Shown one piece after another: positions 1 to 10,171 of a stretch of DNA of 64,000 nucleotides. The stretch spans positions 1,696,001 to 1,760,000 of the forward strand of contig JAXGMI010000001.1 of the NCBI GenBank assembly GCA_040768745.1, in the 5' to 3' direction. This stretch comes from Desulfomicrobium sp. Its GTDB lineage: Bacteria > Desulfobacterota > Desulfovibrionia > Desulfovibrionales > Desulfomicrobiaceae. Positions within the stretch are counted from its first letter, which is position 1. Each line of letters starts with the position of its first letter. Under the pieces are notes generated by a model. That model saw only the letters and a program-made list of their open reading frames with translations. It made no database searches and was not told where the DNA came from. The position numbers and the translations under genes were made by a program.

Positions 1-1408
<1,408 letters not shown>

Positions 1409-1492
1409 GGGCCGTCTCCGGTGATCTGTAGTGGGGGGCAGGTGCTGTGCATGGCCGGGAAACTACGGGAACTCGATGTCCAGGACAAGGCC

Positions 1493-1522
1493 AAAAGAAA
1501 AGGCCGCTTTCGGGCGGCCTTT
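1493..1522 (-). terminator. Intrinsic terminator after the EF-G paralogue
   Basis: AAAGGCCGC-TTTCGG-GCGGCCTTT hairpin with an A-run on the left (U-tract on the minus strand). Confidence 0.75.
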
Positions 1523-1542
1523 CGGAGTTCAGGAAAGAGAGA

Positions 1543-3603
1543 CTATTCCGCTTCTTTCTTGCTGTCGGCGATGACCTGTTCAGTCACGCTGGGGGGGCAT
1601 TCCTCATAATGGGCGAATTCCATGGTGAAGGTCCCCTGGCCACCGGTCATGGACCGCAGGTCGGGCGCGTATTTCATCATCTCGGCCATGGGCACGTGGG
1701 CCTTCACCTCGGTGATGCCGCCAATGGAGTCGGACCCCAGGACTCGCCCACGCCGGCTGGACAGGTCGCCGATGACGTCGCCCATGAATTCGTCCGGGAT
1801 GAAGACCGAGGCCAGCATGATGGGCTCGAGCAGGATCGGGTTACACATCTCCACAGCTTTCTTGAAGGCCAAAGACCCGGCTATCTTGAAGGCCATTTCA
1901 GAGGAGTCCACGGTGTGGTAGGAGCCGTCGTAAACCGCGACCTTGAAGTCAACCATGGGATAGCCGGCCAGGAAACCGCGTACAGCGGCTTCCTGGATGC
2001 CCTTGTCCACGGCCGGGATGTAGTTGCGGGGGATGGAACCGCCCACGATCTCGTCCAGGAATGCGTAGCCAGCTCCGCGCGGGTTGGGTTCCATGCGGAT
2101 CCAACAGTCGCCGAACTGGCCGCGGCCGCCGGACTGCTTCTTGTGCCGTCCCTGGACCTGGGCTTTGCCTTTTATGGTTTCCCGGTAGGGAATCTTCGGG
2201 GTCTTCAGCAGAATGTTGGCCTTGTAACGGCGCCGGGCCTTTTCCACGGACAGTTCGATGTGCAGCTGACCCATGCCGGAGAGGAGCATGTCGCCGGTCT
2301 CGTCATTGCGGACCAGGTGCAGGTTGATGTCCTCTTCCAGCAGCTTCTGGACGGCAGCAAAAACCTTGTCCTCTTCGCCCTTTTCCTCGGCAGCCAGGGC
2401 GTACGAGATGATGGCCGGACTCAGGGGCGGCTTGGGCAGGACGAAGGGGGCCTTTTCCGCACAGAGGCTGTCACCGGTGGTGGTGTTCTTGAGCTTCGCC
2501 ACAGCCACGACGGCGCCGGGCCCAACTTCCTGCTTGCAGGGGGTCTGCTTTTTGCCTTCCAGGAAGAGAATCTGACCGATTTTTTCCTTTTCGTCCTTGC
2601 CTGCGTTGAGGACCGTTGCGTCAGGAGCGAGGGTGCCGGACAAGATGCGCATGACCGAGAGCTGGCCAGCAAAGGGGTCCGCGATGGTTTTGAACACAAA
2701 GGCGGCAAAAGGCGCTTCTGGGGCCGAGTCACGCTCGTTGCCGTCGCCATCCAGCCAGGGTTTATGCTCCAGAGGAGAAGCCATGATGTCCAGCAGGGTG
2801 TCGAGCAATGGCGCTCCCCCCTTGTTGAGCATGGCCGCGCCCACGCAGACAGGGACCAAGGTCCGGTTCAAAACGCCGGTGCGCAGGCCCGAGAGCATCT
2901 CCTCCTCGGTCAGAGCGCCTTCCTCCAGGTATTTTTCCATCAGCTCTTCGCTGCTTTCCGCGATATTCTCTACAGCGATTTCCCGGGCCATGGTCACTTC
3001 CTCGGCCAGGTCTGAAGGCATGTCCATGGGTTTGAGCTCACCCTTGTCGCCGAAGGAGTAGGCTTTTTCGCCGAGGACATCGATCACGCCGCGGAAGGAG
3101 GCTTCACTGCCGATGGGCATGTACAGGAGCACGGGCTTCATGCCCAAAATCTCGGACAGTCCCTGGTAGGCCTGCTGGAAATCGGCCCGTTCCCGATCCA
3201 TCTTGTTGATGAAGACCATGGCCGGAATTTCGGCCTTGACCGCCTCAGACCAGATTTTCTTGGTCAGGGGCTTCACGCCGTCAATGGCGTCGATGACCAG
3301 GATGGCATTGTCGGCTGCCTGCATGAGGAACGGAAGGTCACCAATGAAGTTGTTGTCGCCGGGCGTGTCAATCAGAAAATTGAGGTTCTTTTTCCAGGCG
3401 AACTGCGCGAATCCGGGCTGGATGCTCCCTCGGCGCTTGATTTCCTCGGGTTCGTAATCAAGGGCCGTGGTCCCCTCGTCAATTTTTCCCAGTCTGGAGA
3501 GGGAACCGGCGTTGAACAGCAGCATTTCCGCCACCGAAGTCTTGCCGGTTCCGCCATGCCCTATCAGGGCGAATGTCCTCTGTTTTTGAAGTTGATCCCG
3601 CAT
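1543..3603 (-). CDS. fusA2: Elongation factor G paralogue (EF-G2-like)
   Basis: 686 aa; GHGGTGKT P-loop, DTPG, NKMD, GMGQLH, HKKQSGGRGQFG, DGSYHTVDSSEMAF; not in the rpsL-rpsG-fusA-tuf context. Confidence 0.9.
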   Translation of the reverse strand: MRDQLQKQRTFALIGHGGTGKTSVAEMLLFNAGSLSRLGKIDEGTTALDYEPEEIKRRGSIQPGFAQFAWKKNLNFLIDTPGDNNFIGDLPFLMQAADNAILVIDAIDGVKPLTKKIWSEAVKAEIPAMVFINKMDRERADFQQAYQGLSEILGMKPVLLYMPIGSEASFRGVIDVLGEKAYSFGDKGELKPMDMPSDLAEEVTMAREIAVENIAESSEELMEKYLEEGALTEEEMLSGLRTGVLNRTLVPVCVGAAMLNKGGAPLLDTLLDIMASPLEHKPWLDGDGNERDSAPEAPFAAFVFKTIADPFAGQLSVMRILSGTLAPDATVLNAGKDEKEKIGQILFLEGKKQTPCKQEVGPGAVVAVAKLKNTTTGDSLCAEKAPFVLPKPPLSPAIISYALAAEEKGEEDKVFAAVQKLLEEDINLHLVRNDETGDMLLSGMGQLHIELSVEKARRRYKANILLKTPKIPYRETIKGKAQVQGRHKKQSGGRGQFGDCWIRMEPNPRGAGYAFLDEIVGGSIPRNYIPAVDKGIQEAAVRGFLAGYPMVDFKVAVYDGSYHTVDSSEMAFKIAGSLAFKKAVEMCNPILLEPIMLASVFIPDEFMGDVIGDLSSRRGRVLGSDSIGGITEVKAHVPMAEMMKYAPDLRSMTGGQGTFTMEFAHYEECPPSVTEQVIADSKKEAE

Positions 3604-3791
3604 ACAGCCCCCTTATGCAAAGTATTACGCAACCATAATGGCCACAGGGTATGAAACCGTCCCGGTCCTGCATGTCAAGCCACCGGGAAATTCGCTTGCA
3701 AAAGAGATGAAATTGGATGAGTGTCCCAGACTCCGCAGTCCAGAGGACGATTCAAACCCGCTGCTATCTTGAGCTTTTTTCAAGAAGTACC

Positions 3792-3821
3792 CCTATAGGG
3801 AGGGGGCTTGGAAGTTGTCAA
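3792..3821 (-). promoter_or_regulatory. Putative sigma70 promoter for the EF-G paralogue
   Basis: Minus strand TTGACA (3821-3816), 18-nt spacer, TATAGG (3797-3792); a second TTGACA lies at 3678-3673. Confidence 0.35.
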
Positions 3822-3875
3822 GTGTGCCTGAATTTTTCCGAATTCCTAATCTATGAAAATCATTGAGAGAAAATT

Positions 3876-4853
3876 ATGAGCACGGACGCCACGACCGTCA
3901 ATTTTTCAGCTGGTTCCCGCATAGTGCGCTGCCCCGCGGGACAGATAGACGCCAGTGGACCCTGGCTGTTTTGGACTGCGCAGCCCCGTGCTGTTTTACG
4001 CCGCAGCGTGGAGCGTCACGGTCAGCTGCTTCCTGTTCTGGTAGATTGGAGCGGCCAGGGGCCGGTCCTATTGGCCGGCGCGGCGCGCACGGCATGCCTC
4101 GTCGGCCTGGGCCGGGATGTGGCGTGTCTGGACATGGGCAGGCTTGACGCCTGGGAAAAGGGGCTGGTCTATGTGCGGTCCAATGCGGACCGGGACCTGA
4201 GCGATGGGCAGATCGTCAAAGCCCTCCGCTATTTTCAGAGGCTAGACCCCGGTAGAACCGGCGATGTCCACGAAGAGCTCGGTCTGGAGCCCCGTTCCAG
4301 GCGTGAGCGTCTGGTCGTGGAGTGGTTGAGCCTGCCTGTCATGTGGGACAGGTTTTTGCAGGAAGGACACGCGCCACTGGCCTGCGCGGACTTGCTGGCC
4401 GGGTTTGGGCCAGATGGGTTGGAAATGCTCGCGCCCCTCTTCGAACATCTCTCCTGGTCCAGGGGCAGCGCGGTCAACCTGCTCACGTGGCTTCAGGAAT
4501 CCTCGGTTCGCGACGGCAGGACGATTCGAGAGCTCATGGATGAGGCGGGGGTGGAGGGAATTCTCCGCTCTGATCTTTCGCCCAAGGACGCCATGTCCCG
4601 CATCACAGCCAATGTCCGCTGCCTGCGTTTTCCCCGGTTGAGCAGGATGGAGCAGGATTTCGCGGCCACGGCCCGGACCATCGCAGCGGGTACGCGCTGG
4701 CGCTTGATCCAGCCCGATCAGTTCGAATCAGGGAAGGTGGAATTGAGCGTGGCTGTGGGGGGCTTGTCCGGTTTGCACACCGCCGCGCAGGACCTGGTGC
4801 GCATGGCCAGCCATGAGGGATGGGGCGCTCTTTTTTCAGGAGATGACCGATGA
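3876..4853 (+). CDS. ParB/Srx N-terminal-domain-like protein
   Basis: LRRSVERHGQLLPVLV...LLAGAARTAC resembles ParB boxes I/II (GxxRxxA), followed by an N-x-x-R-x-L segment and helical region; stop overlaps the next ATG. Confidence 0.6.
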   Translation: MSTDATTVNFSAGSRIVRCPAGQIDASGPWLFWTAQPRAVLRRSVERHGQLLPVLVDWSGQGPVLLAGAARTACLVGLGRDVACLDMGRLDAWEKGLVYVRSNADRDLSDGQIVKALRYFQRLDPGRTGDVHEELGLEPRSRRERLVVEWLSLPVMWDRFLQEGHAPLACADLLAGFGPDGLEMLAPLFEHLSWSRGSAVNLLTWLQESSVRDGRTIRELMDEAGVEGILRSDLSPKDAMSRITANVRCLRFPRLSRMEQDFAATARTIAAGTRWRLIQPDQFESGKVELSVAVGGLSGLHTAAQDLVRMASHEGWGALFSGDDR

Positions 4854-5944
4854 GCGTCTTGCCCGCCCATCTGCGAGGGATCAGCCGGGTGGTGGTGGAC
4901 GCGGCCGTGGCGAGGAGCCCCGTGGCCAGCCGTGTGCACCAGCGCCTGTCTGATCTGCCCTGGGAAATTCTGGCCGATGGGGAGCGCCTCACGCCGGGTC
5001 TCAGTCGCGAGGACATCCTGTATCTGAAACAGTACCGGGGAAGGTTCCTGCGGTTTTGTCCCGGGACCAGTCATTACCGCTGCTGCGGTTACCAGATCAT
5101 CCATATAGGCGAAAACTGTCCGCTGCGTTGCTCCTACTGCATATTGCAGGCGTATTTCCAAGACCGGGTGCTGAAGGTCTGGGCCAACCAGGATGACTTG
5201 TGGCGGGAACTGGACGAGGCGTTCAGCGCTCATCCCGGACGGCGTGTCCGGGTCGGCACAGGGGAATTCACCGACTCCCTGGTGCTGGAGCCCCTGACCG
5301 GATACAGCCACGATTTAGTTGCCTTCCTGGCGCGTTATCCGCAGGTCTGTCTGGAACTCAAGTCCAAGGTTGTGGATCTGAGCTGGATGGAGGCCGCGTC
5401 TGATCCGATCCGGGTTCTGCCGGCCTGGTCCCTGAACTCCCCCGCCATTGTTGACACGGAAGAACAGGGGGTGTGCGCCAGTCTCGAGCAACGCCTCGCA
5501 GCGGCCCAGACCTGCGCCCGGGCGGGATTCAGGGTCTGTCTTCATTTCGACCCCATCATCTATTACCCAGGATGGCAGGATGGCTATGCCCGCACCGCGG
5601 AAATGATATTCGACTACCTGCGGCCTGCTGACATTGCCTATGTCAGCATGGGATCCTTCCGGCACATGCCTGAACTCAGGCGCTGCATTGCCGAGAATTT
5701 TCCGGGGTCCACCTACATATACGGCGAGTTTATCACCGGACTTGACGGTAAGCAGAGACTGCTCAAACCCCTGCGGGTGGAGCAGTTCCGCTTTCTGGTC
5801 ACGAGGCTGCGGCGGGGCGGGCTCGACCAACAGCTCTACCTGTGCATGGAGTCGGATGAGGTCTGGCAGGCTGTTCTGGGAAGGACGCCGGAAAATCTGG
5901 GGGGGCTGTACCGGCATCTCATGGACCTCGCCTTCGGGGAATAG
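4850..5944 (+). CDS. Spore photoproduct lyase-like radical SAM protein
   Basis: CPLRCSYC (CxxxCxxC), LQAYF, GEFTDSL, LELKSK, WSLNS, RLAAA, HFDPII, YLCME. Confidence 0.8.
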   Translation: MSVLPAHLRGISRVVVDAAVARSPVASRVHQRLSDLPWEILADGERLTPGLSREDILYLKQYRGRFLRFCPGTSHYRCCGYQIIHIGENCPLRCSYCILQAYFQDRVLKVWANQDDLWRELDEAFSAHPGRRVRVGTGEFTDSLVLEPLTGYSHDLVAFLARYPQVCLELKSKVVDLSWMEAASDPIRVLPAWSLNSPAIVDTEEQGVCASLEQRLAAAQTCARAGFRVCLHFDPIIYYPGWQDGYARTAEMIFDYLRPADIAYVSMGSFRHMPELRRCIAENFPGSTYIYGEFITGLDGKQRLLKPLRVEQFRFLVTRLRRGGLDQQLYLCMESDEVWQAVLGRTPENLGGLYRHLMDLAFGE

Positions 5945-6088
5945 GCGAAGAAAAGGGCGTTCATCTTCAGGCCATTCCCAGAGGATCGTGCTTTCCCGGC
6001 CTGCCGGCATGCGTGGAATCGAAGGCCGAGAAGCGTTCTTCTTATGGATGGGGAAAAGGCAAACGCAGCCGAGAAAGGGGGATGAAGG

Positions 6089-6634
6089 CTACTCAGCGGT
6101 GGCCTGACTGTTGACAACGCCTTTCAGGTCAAGATTCATGTTCTTGATGCAGCTGTCCTTGAGAAAGCAGCGCTCGCAGCCGTGACGGTACGGGCAGGGC
6201 GTGATGGTGGAATATTTCCGGGAGAGGGCCCCGGATTCCTGCATGCTGATGCCGATTTTTTCCAGGGTGCGGCGGAGGGGTTTGCCCGGTTCAGGCACAG
6301 GGGCGCACTCCTTCTCTCCCAATTCGGGCATGAGCGCCTTCAGGGTACCCATGATCATGGTCTGGGCGATGGCCTCATGCTTGAAGCCCTCGGAGGGGGA
6401 CCGGGACCAGATTTCGTCCACCTCGCGTTCCACAGGTTCCTCCAGGAAGACCAGCACATATCCTTTGCGCTCCCCGAGTCTGAAGACCTTGAGGTGTGGC
6501 AACCATCTTTCCCACGTTTCCAGCACTGCAAGCATCTCCTGAGGTCCGACTTCGTCGATCTGGGCCAGAAAAAGAAAGGTGGAAAAATCAAAATCAGGCT
6601 GAGTGGGCAGAAGGGCGAAAGGCAAAGTCTTCAT
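6089..6634 (-). CDS. Hypothetical protein resembling a stand-alone methionine synthase B12 activation domain
   Basis: ORF track frame; likely start MKTLPF at 6634; IGISMQESGALSRKYST resembles IGVxLTESxxMxPxKS; C-terminal CERCFLKDSC. Confidence 0.5.
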   Translation of the reverse strand: MKTLPFALLPTQPDFDFSTFLFLAQIDEVGPQEMLAVLETWERWLPHLKVFRLGERKGYVLVFLEEPVEREVDEIWSRSPSEGFKHEAIAQTMIMGTLKALMPELGEKECAPVPEPGKPLRRTLEKIGISMQESGALSRKYSTITPCPYRHGCERCFLKDSCIKNMNLDLKGVVNSQATAE

Positions 6635-6720
6635 GAACGTAACCTGCAGAATAGAGTTCCGAAACATCGGAGACAGGGGCCATCATCCGCCTAGCGCCTT
6701 GGTATATTTGCCGCCGAAGC

Positions 6721-7731
6721 TCAAGGCTTTTCTTCGCCCTTAAGGTGTTTGGCGGTCCAGAGCGAGGCCTGCAGACGGTTCGGAACATCGATTTTCTTAT
6801 AGATGTTGTACAGATGGGACTTGATCGTGTTCAGGCTCAGGAAGAGCTTATTGGCGATGTCCTTGTTGGTTGCTCCGGATGCCAGCATGAGCAGAATCTC
6901 CTTTTCCCGCGGGCTCAGTTCGTTCGAGGCCGTCTCTGTAGCTGCAACCCAGAGGGGACGGGTCTGGCGTCCCAGCAGATAGGCGGACATGGCTTCCCGG
7001 GAAAACCAGAGTTCGTTGTCAAGCATGGCCGAAATCCCTTTGACCAGAATCTTGAATGGTGTGTTGCGGTAGAAGATGCCGCGAATGCCGGAATTGATGA
7101 CCTCCAGTTCCACGGGATGGTTGTTTGCAACATTGAACAGGGCCACAGAAGACGCCAGAAAGGGCGAATTTTCCCCGCTGGCCTCCTCCAGCAGGTCCAC
7201 TACGGAAATGCCGGAGCAGTCGACCAGGGTCAGATCCGGTTGCGCGGTTTCCAGAATTTTCGGCATGGACGGGGAATGGCTGCAGTTCAAACCCGTTTCC
7301 AGGCTGAGGCGCGAGGCCAGTAGGTCGTTGAGAAGCGGGTCGGTTCCGACAATTCCTATCATGGTCTGAGAGGAGAAGCTCTCCGCATTCATTGTCGCCG
7401 TGCGGATGGAGGATACTTGCCGGGGATCGAAGGCAATGGCCATGCCGTTGGGTTCTGTGCGGACCACGATCCCCTCCACCCGGAACCTGGATTGGTGCAA
7501 GGATGGTTTGCCACCCCCGAAGTCCAGGGATATATGAAGAGTCAATGTGGTGCCGAGGGGATAGATCCTGTCTGTTTCGAAGAAGATGCCACCCGCGGAG
7601 ATGTTGGTCGTGGGCAGGAGCTGTGTTGGCTGGTCATGTACGAGCGCCGTTACTTTCGTGGGAATGCTCATGATGAAGCGCTCGAGTTGTCGTCGATTGG
7701 CACTGCTCGCCGCGTTTTTTTCCATACTCAT
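6721..7731 (-). CDS. PilZ - receiver-like - LuxR HTH transcriptional regulator (VpsT/CsgD type)
   Basis: RBS GAAGGAG before ATG 7731; RRQLER and NISAGG PilZ motifs; RGIFY...LVKGI...ELWFSR; LSPREKEIL...NKDIANKLFLSLNTIKSHLYNIYKKI LuxR HTH. Confidence 0.85.
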   Translation of the reverse strand: MSMEKNAASSANRRQLERFIMSIPTKVTALVHDQPTQLLPTTNISAGGIFFETDRIYPLGTTLTLHISLDFGGGKPSLHQSRFRVEGIVVRTEPNGMAIAFDPRQVSSIRTATMNAESFSSQTMIGIVGTDPLLNDLLASRLSLETGLNCSHSPSMPKILETAQPDLTLVDCSGISVVDLLEEASGENSPFLASSVALFNVANNHPVELEVINSGIRGIFYRNTPFKILVKGISAMLDNELWFSREAMSAYLLGRQTRPLWVAATETASNELSPREKEILLMLASGATNKDIANKLFLSLNTIKSHLYNIYKKIDVPNRLQASLWTAKHLKGEEKP

Positions 7732-7754
7732 GACTCCTTCTTCCCGTCTGGCGT

Positions 7755-8555
7755 TCAACTGCTTGAGGAGGGAACTCCCGTTCCAGCGGGGCTCGTTGGC
7801 AACATGTTGTTTTTTTTCAAAAAAAGCAGAAATTTCTGGGCGACTTCAAAATCCTTGTTCAATTTCAGGGCACTGTACAGGTGCTCTGCGGCTTTCCCAA
7901 TGTCCGCCTTGGAAAAACACGCCCGCGCCATATTGTAGTGCAGATTCTCGTCAGCAGGGGATAGTTCCAGGGCCTTGGCATAATATTCCAGGGCCTGATC
8001 GTACATGCCGTTTTTGCGCAGGCTTATGCCGAAGTCATTGAACAAATGTTTGTGCTCAGCTTCGAAGGCGCCTTCCATCCTGACCAGACGCTGAAAGATG
8101 TTGTCCGCCTTGTCCGTTTCCCCTCGATCCAGGTAGGTCAGTCCGAGCCCGAAATTGGCCCGGATATTTTCCTCGTCCACCCGCAGCGCGTTACCGAATT
8201 CGTATTCCGCGCTGTAGCAGTCCCCATTACCCCTGTAACGTTCGGCCTTGGCGATGGTCTGGTTCAGCCTGCGCATACTCGGGTACACTTTCGTGGTGTA
8301 GAATTCTGGTTCCGGGGCATAGTGCTCCAGGAATTGTTCCTTGAGAATCTCCTGCTTCGGCCCTGAAGGGATGTAGTTGGGGTTCAGGGGCTGGACCCAG
8401 ATCAGGCCATCCTCGCCCTCCTCCGCATACCAGTACATGGTTTGCGTGGTCTTGCGGGCCGTTGACCCGGCGCCAACCTTGGCAATTCGTTCCGAGGAAA
8501 AAATTCCTTTGATGCGCATACGCAGGTTGTGTTCGTGCTGTTCTGAGTCCGCCAT
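7755..8555 (-). CDS. Tetratricopeptide repeat protein
   Basis: 266 aa with TPR-like repeats (ANFGLGLTYLDRG, FNDFGISLRKNGMYDQALEYY, LHYNMARAC). Confidence 0.8.
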   Translation of the reverse strand: MADSEQHEHNLRMRIKGIFSSERIAKVGAGSTARKTTQTMYWYAEEGEDGLIWVQPLNPNYIPSGPKQEILKEQFLEHYAPEPEFYTTKVYPSMRRLNQTIAKAERYRGNGDCYSAEYEFGNALRVDEENIRANFGLGLTYLDRGETDKADNIFQRLVRMEGAFEAEHKHLFNDFGISLRKNGMYDQALEYYAKALELSPADENLHYNMARACFSKADIGKAAEHLYSALKLNKDFEVAQKFLLFLKKNNMLPTSPAGTGVPSSSS

Positions 8556-8573
8556 GGGCTCTCTCCATGGGAA

Positions 8574-9287
8574 TCAAGCCATATCCCGCAGGTATTCCTC
8601 GGCCGCCTGGACCGGATTTTCGGCCCTGGTGATGGGTCTGCCTACCACCAGGAAATTGCTGCCATCCCGGGCTGCCTGGGCAGGGGTGCAGACTCTGGCC
8701 TGATCCCCGCACGCGGCGTCGGGAAGTCTGATTCCCGGGGTCAGGAGCTGGAATGATGCTCCACATGTGTTCCGAATATCACAAACTTCCCTGCCTGAAC
8801 AGACCACGCCGTCCAGTTTCCACTTTTGGGCCGAAGCGGCGAGATCAAGGGTCAGTTTGTGCAGGCTTTCTGCAGTCCCCCGGGGTTGCCAGGCCAGATC
8901 TGCGGGGCCAAGGCTGGTCAACAGGGTTACCCCCAGGATCAGGGGCGGCGTCGTTCCGGCTTCGTGGGCCTGAGCGCGGCCAGTCAACGCTGCCTCGCAC
9001 ATGGCGCGCCCACCCAGGGCGTGGATGGTCAGCATGTCCACGCCCATGGCAGTGACCTGGGCGGTAGCTGCCTGCACGGTGTTGGGGATGTCCATGAACT
9101 TGAGGTCAAGAAAAACGGAAAACCCCATTTTTTTGAGATGCTGAACGAATTGTCTGCCGGAGGCCAGGTAGAGTTCCAGCCCGACCTTGACCCAGGGCAC
9201 GACTCCCCGGAGTTTCCGGGCCAGGTTGAGTGCCTGGTTTTCTTCGGGAAAGTCCAGGGCCACGACCAGGGCGGGAGGTGTGTTCAT
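8574..9287 (-). CDS. pyrF: Orotidine-5'-phosphate decarboxylase
   Basis: VALD, KVGLEL, FLDLKFMDIPNT, TPGIR, VVGRPI. Confidence 0.95.
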   Translation of the reverse strand: MNTPPALVVALDFPEENQALNLARKLRGVVPWVKVGLELYLASGRQFVQHLKKMGFSVFLDLKFMDIPNTVQAATAQVTAMGVDMLTIHALGGRAMCEAALTGRAQAHEAGTTPPLILGVTLLTSLGPADLAWQPRGTAESLHKLTLDLAASAQKWKLDGVVCSGREVCDIRNTCGASFQLLTPGIRLPDAACGDQARVCTPAQAARDGSNFLVVGRPITRAENPVQAAEEYLRDMA

Positions 9288-9919
9288 TCGATCCCCCATT
9301 GGGTGGCAATGGTTTTCTGCCAGGCAGCATGGTACAGAGGGCGGGTTTTTTCAGCAACGTAAATGGCCCGCAGCTGGTCATAGGCCACGGAGAGGTTGTC
9401 GTTGACGATCCAGTGGTCGAACCAGTGGCTGTCGCAGATTTCATGCTTTGCCCCAGCCAGGCGGCGGGCAATGGTTTCCTGACTGTCCGTGCCACGACCG
9501 GTCAGACGTTGTTCGAGGACCTCTCGGGAAGGCGGGAAGACGAAGATAAAGCATCCGTGCCCGATGCTGGCTTTGAGTTGCCGGGCGCCCTGCACGTCGA
9601 TGTCAAAGATGACATCACGACCCTGGGCCAGGAGGTCCTCGGTGGCCTGCCGCGGCGTGCCGTAGAAATGGCCGTGCACCTCGGCCCATTCAGCGAAAAA
9701 TCCGCTTTCTTGGCGGGCAAGGAAGTCGTCCCGGGTCAGGAAATGGTACTCACGCCCATGGACCTCTCCGGCCCTTGGCGCGCGGGTGGTGCAGGACACG
9801 GAGAAGGCGAAACCCTGAAACTCCCTGGACAGGCGGCGGATGAGGGTGCTCTTGCCTGTACCCGAGGGGGCGCTGATGACCAGCATCAGACCTGTGGAAT
9901 CATGACGCGCGTCATTCAT
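9284..9919 (-). CDS. gmk: Guanylate kinase
   Basis: [28 protein letters not shown]. Confidence 0.95.
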   Translation of the reverse strand: MNDARHDSTGLMLVISAPSGTGKSTLIRRLSREFQGFAFSVSCTTRAPRAGEVHGREYHFLTRDDFLARQESGFFAEWAEVHGHFYGTPRQATEDLLAQGRDVIFDIDVQGARQLKASIGHGCFIFVFPPSREVLEQRLTGRGTDSQETIARRLAGAKHEICDSHWFDHWIVNDNLSVAYDQLRAIYVAEKTRPLYHAAWQKTIATQWGIE

Positions 9920-10169
9920 CGCTGCCTCCGGCGACGAACCGCTGACTGATGGTCTCGGGCTGGATGGCGGAAAGAATGCAATGGTTGGAATCCGTAATGA
10001 TCAGGGAACGGGTCTTGCGTCCCTGGGTGGCGTCAATGAGCCTGCCGGCCTGTTTTGCTTCTTCCCGCAGGCGGCGCATGGGCGACGAAGCGGGACCGAC
10101 AATGGCCACGACCCGGTTCATGACGACGGCGTTGCCGAAGCCGACATTGAGGAGTTTTTTCTTGTCCAT
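9912..10169 (-). CDS. remA: DUF370 / RemA family protein
   Basis: [13 protein letters not shown]...[12 protein letters not shown]...LSAIQPETI; typical yicC-remA-gmk order; start set at 10169. Confidence 0.88.
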   Translation of the reverse strand: MDKKKLLNVGFGNAVVMNRVVAIVGPASSPMRRLREEAKQAGRLIDATQGRKTRSLIITDSNHCILSAIQPETISQRFVAGGSDE

Positions 10170-10171
10170 GC

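Noticed and set aside
3717..3866. 49-codon plus-strand ORF (MSVPDSAV...)
   Set aside because: No clear RBS, AT-rich atypical codons, overlaps promoter-like elements.
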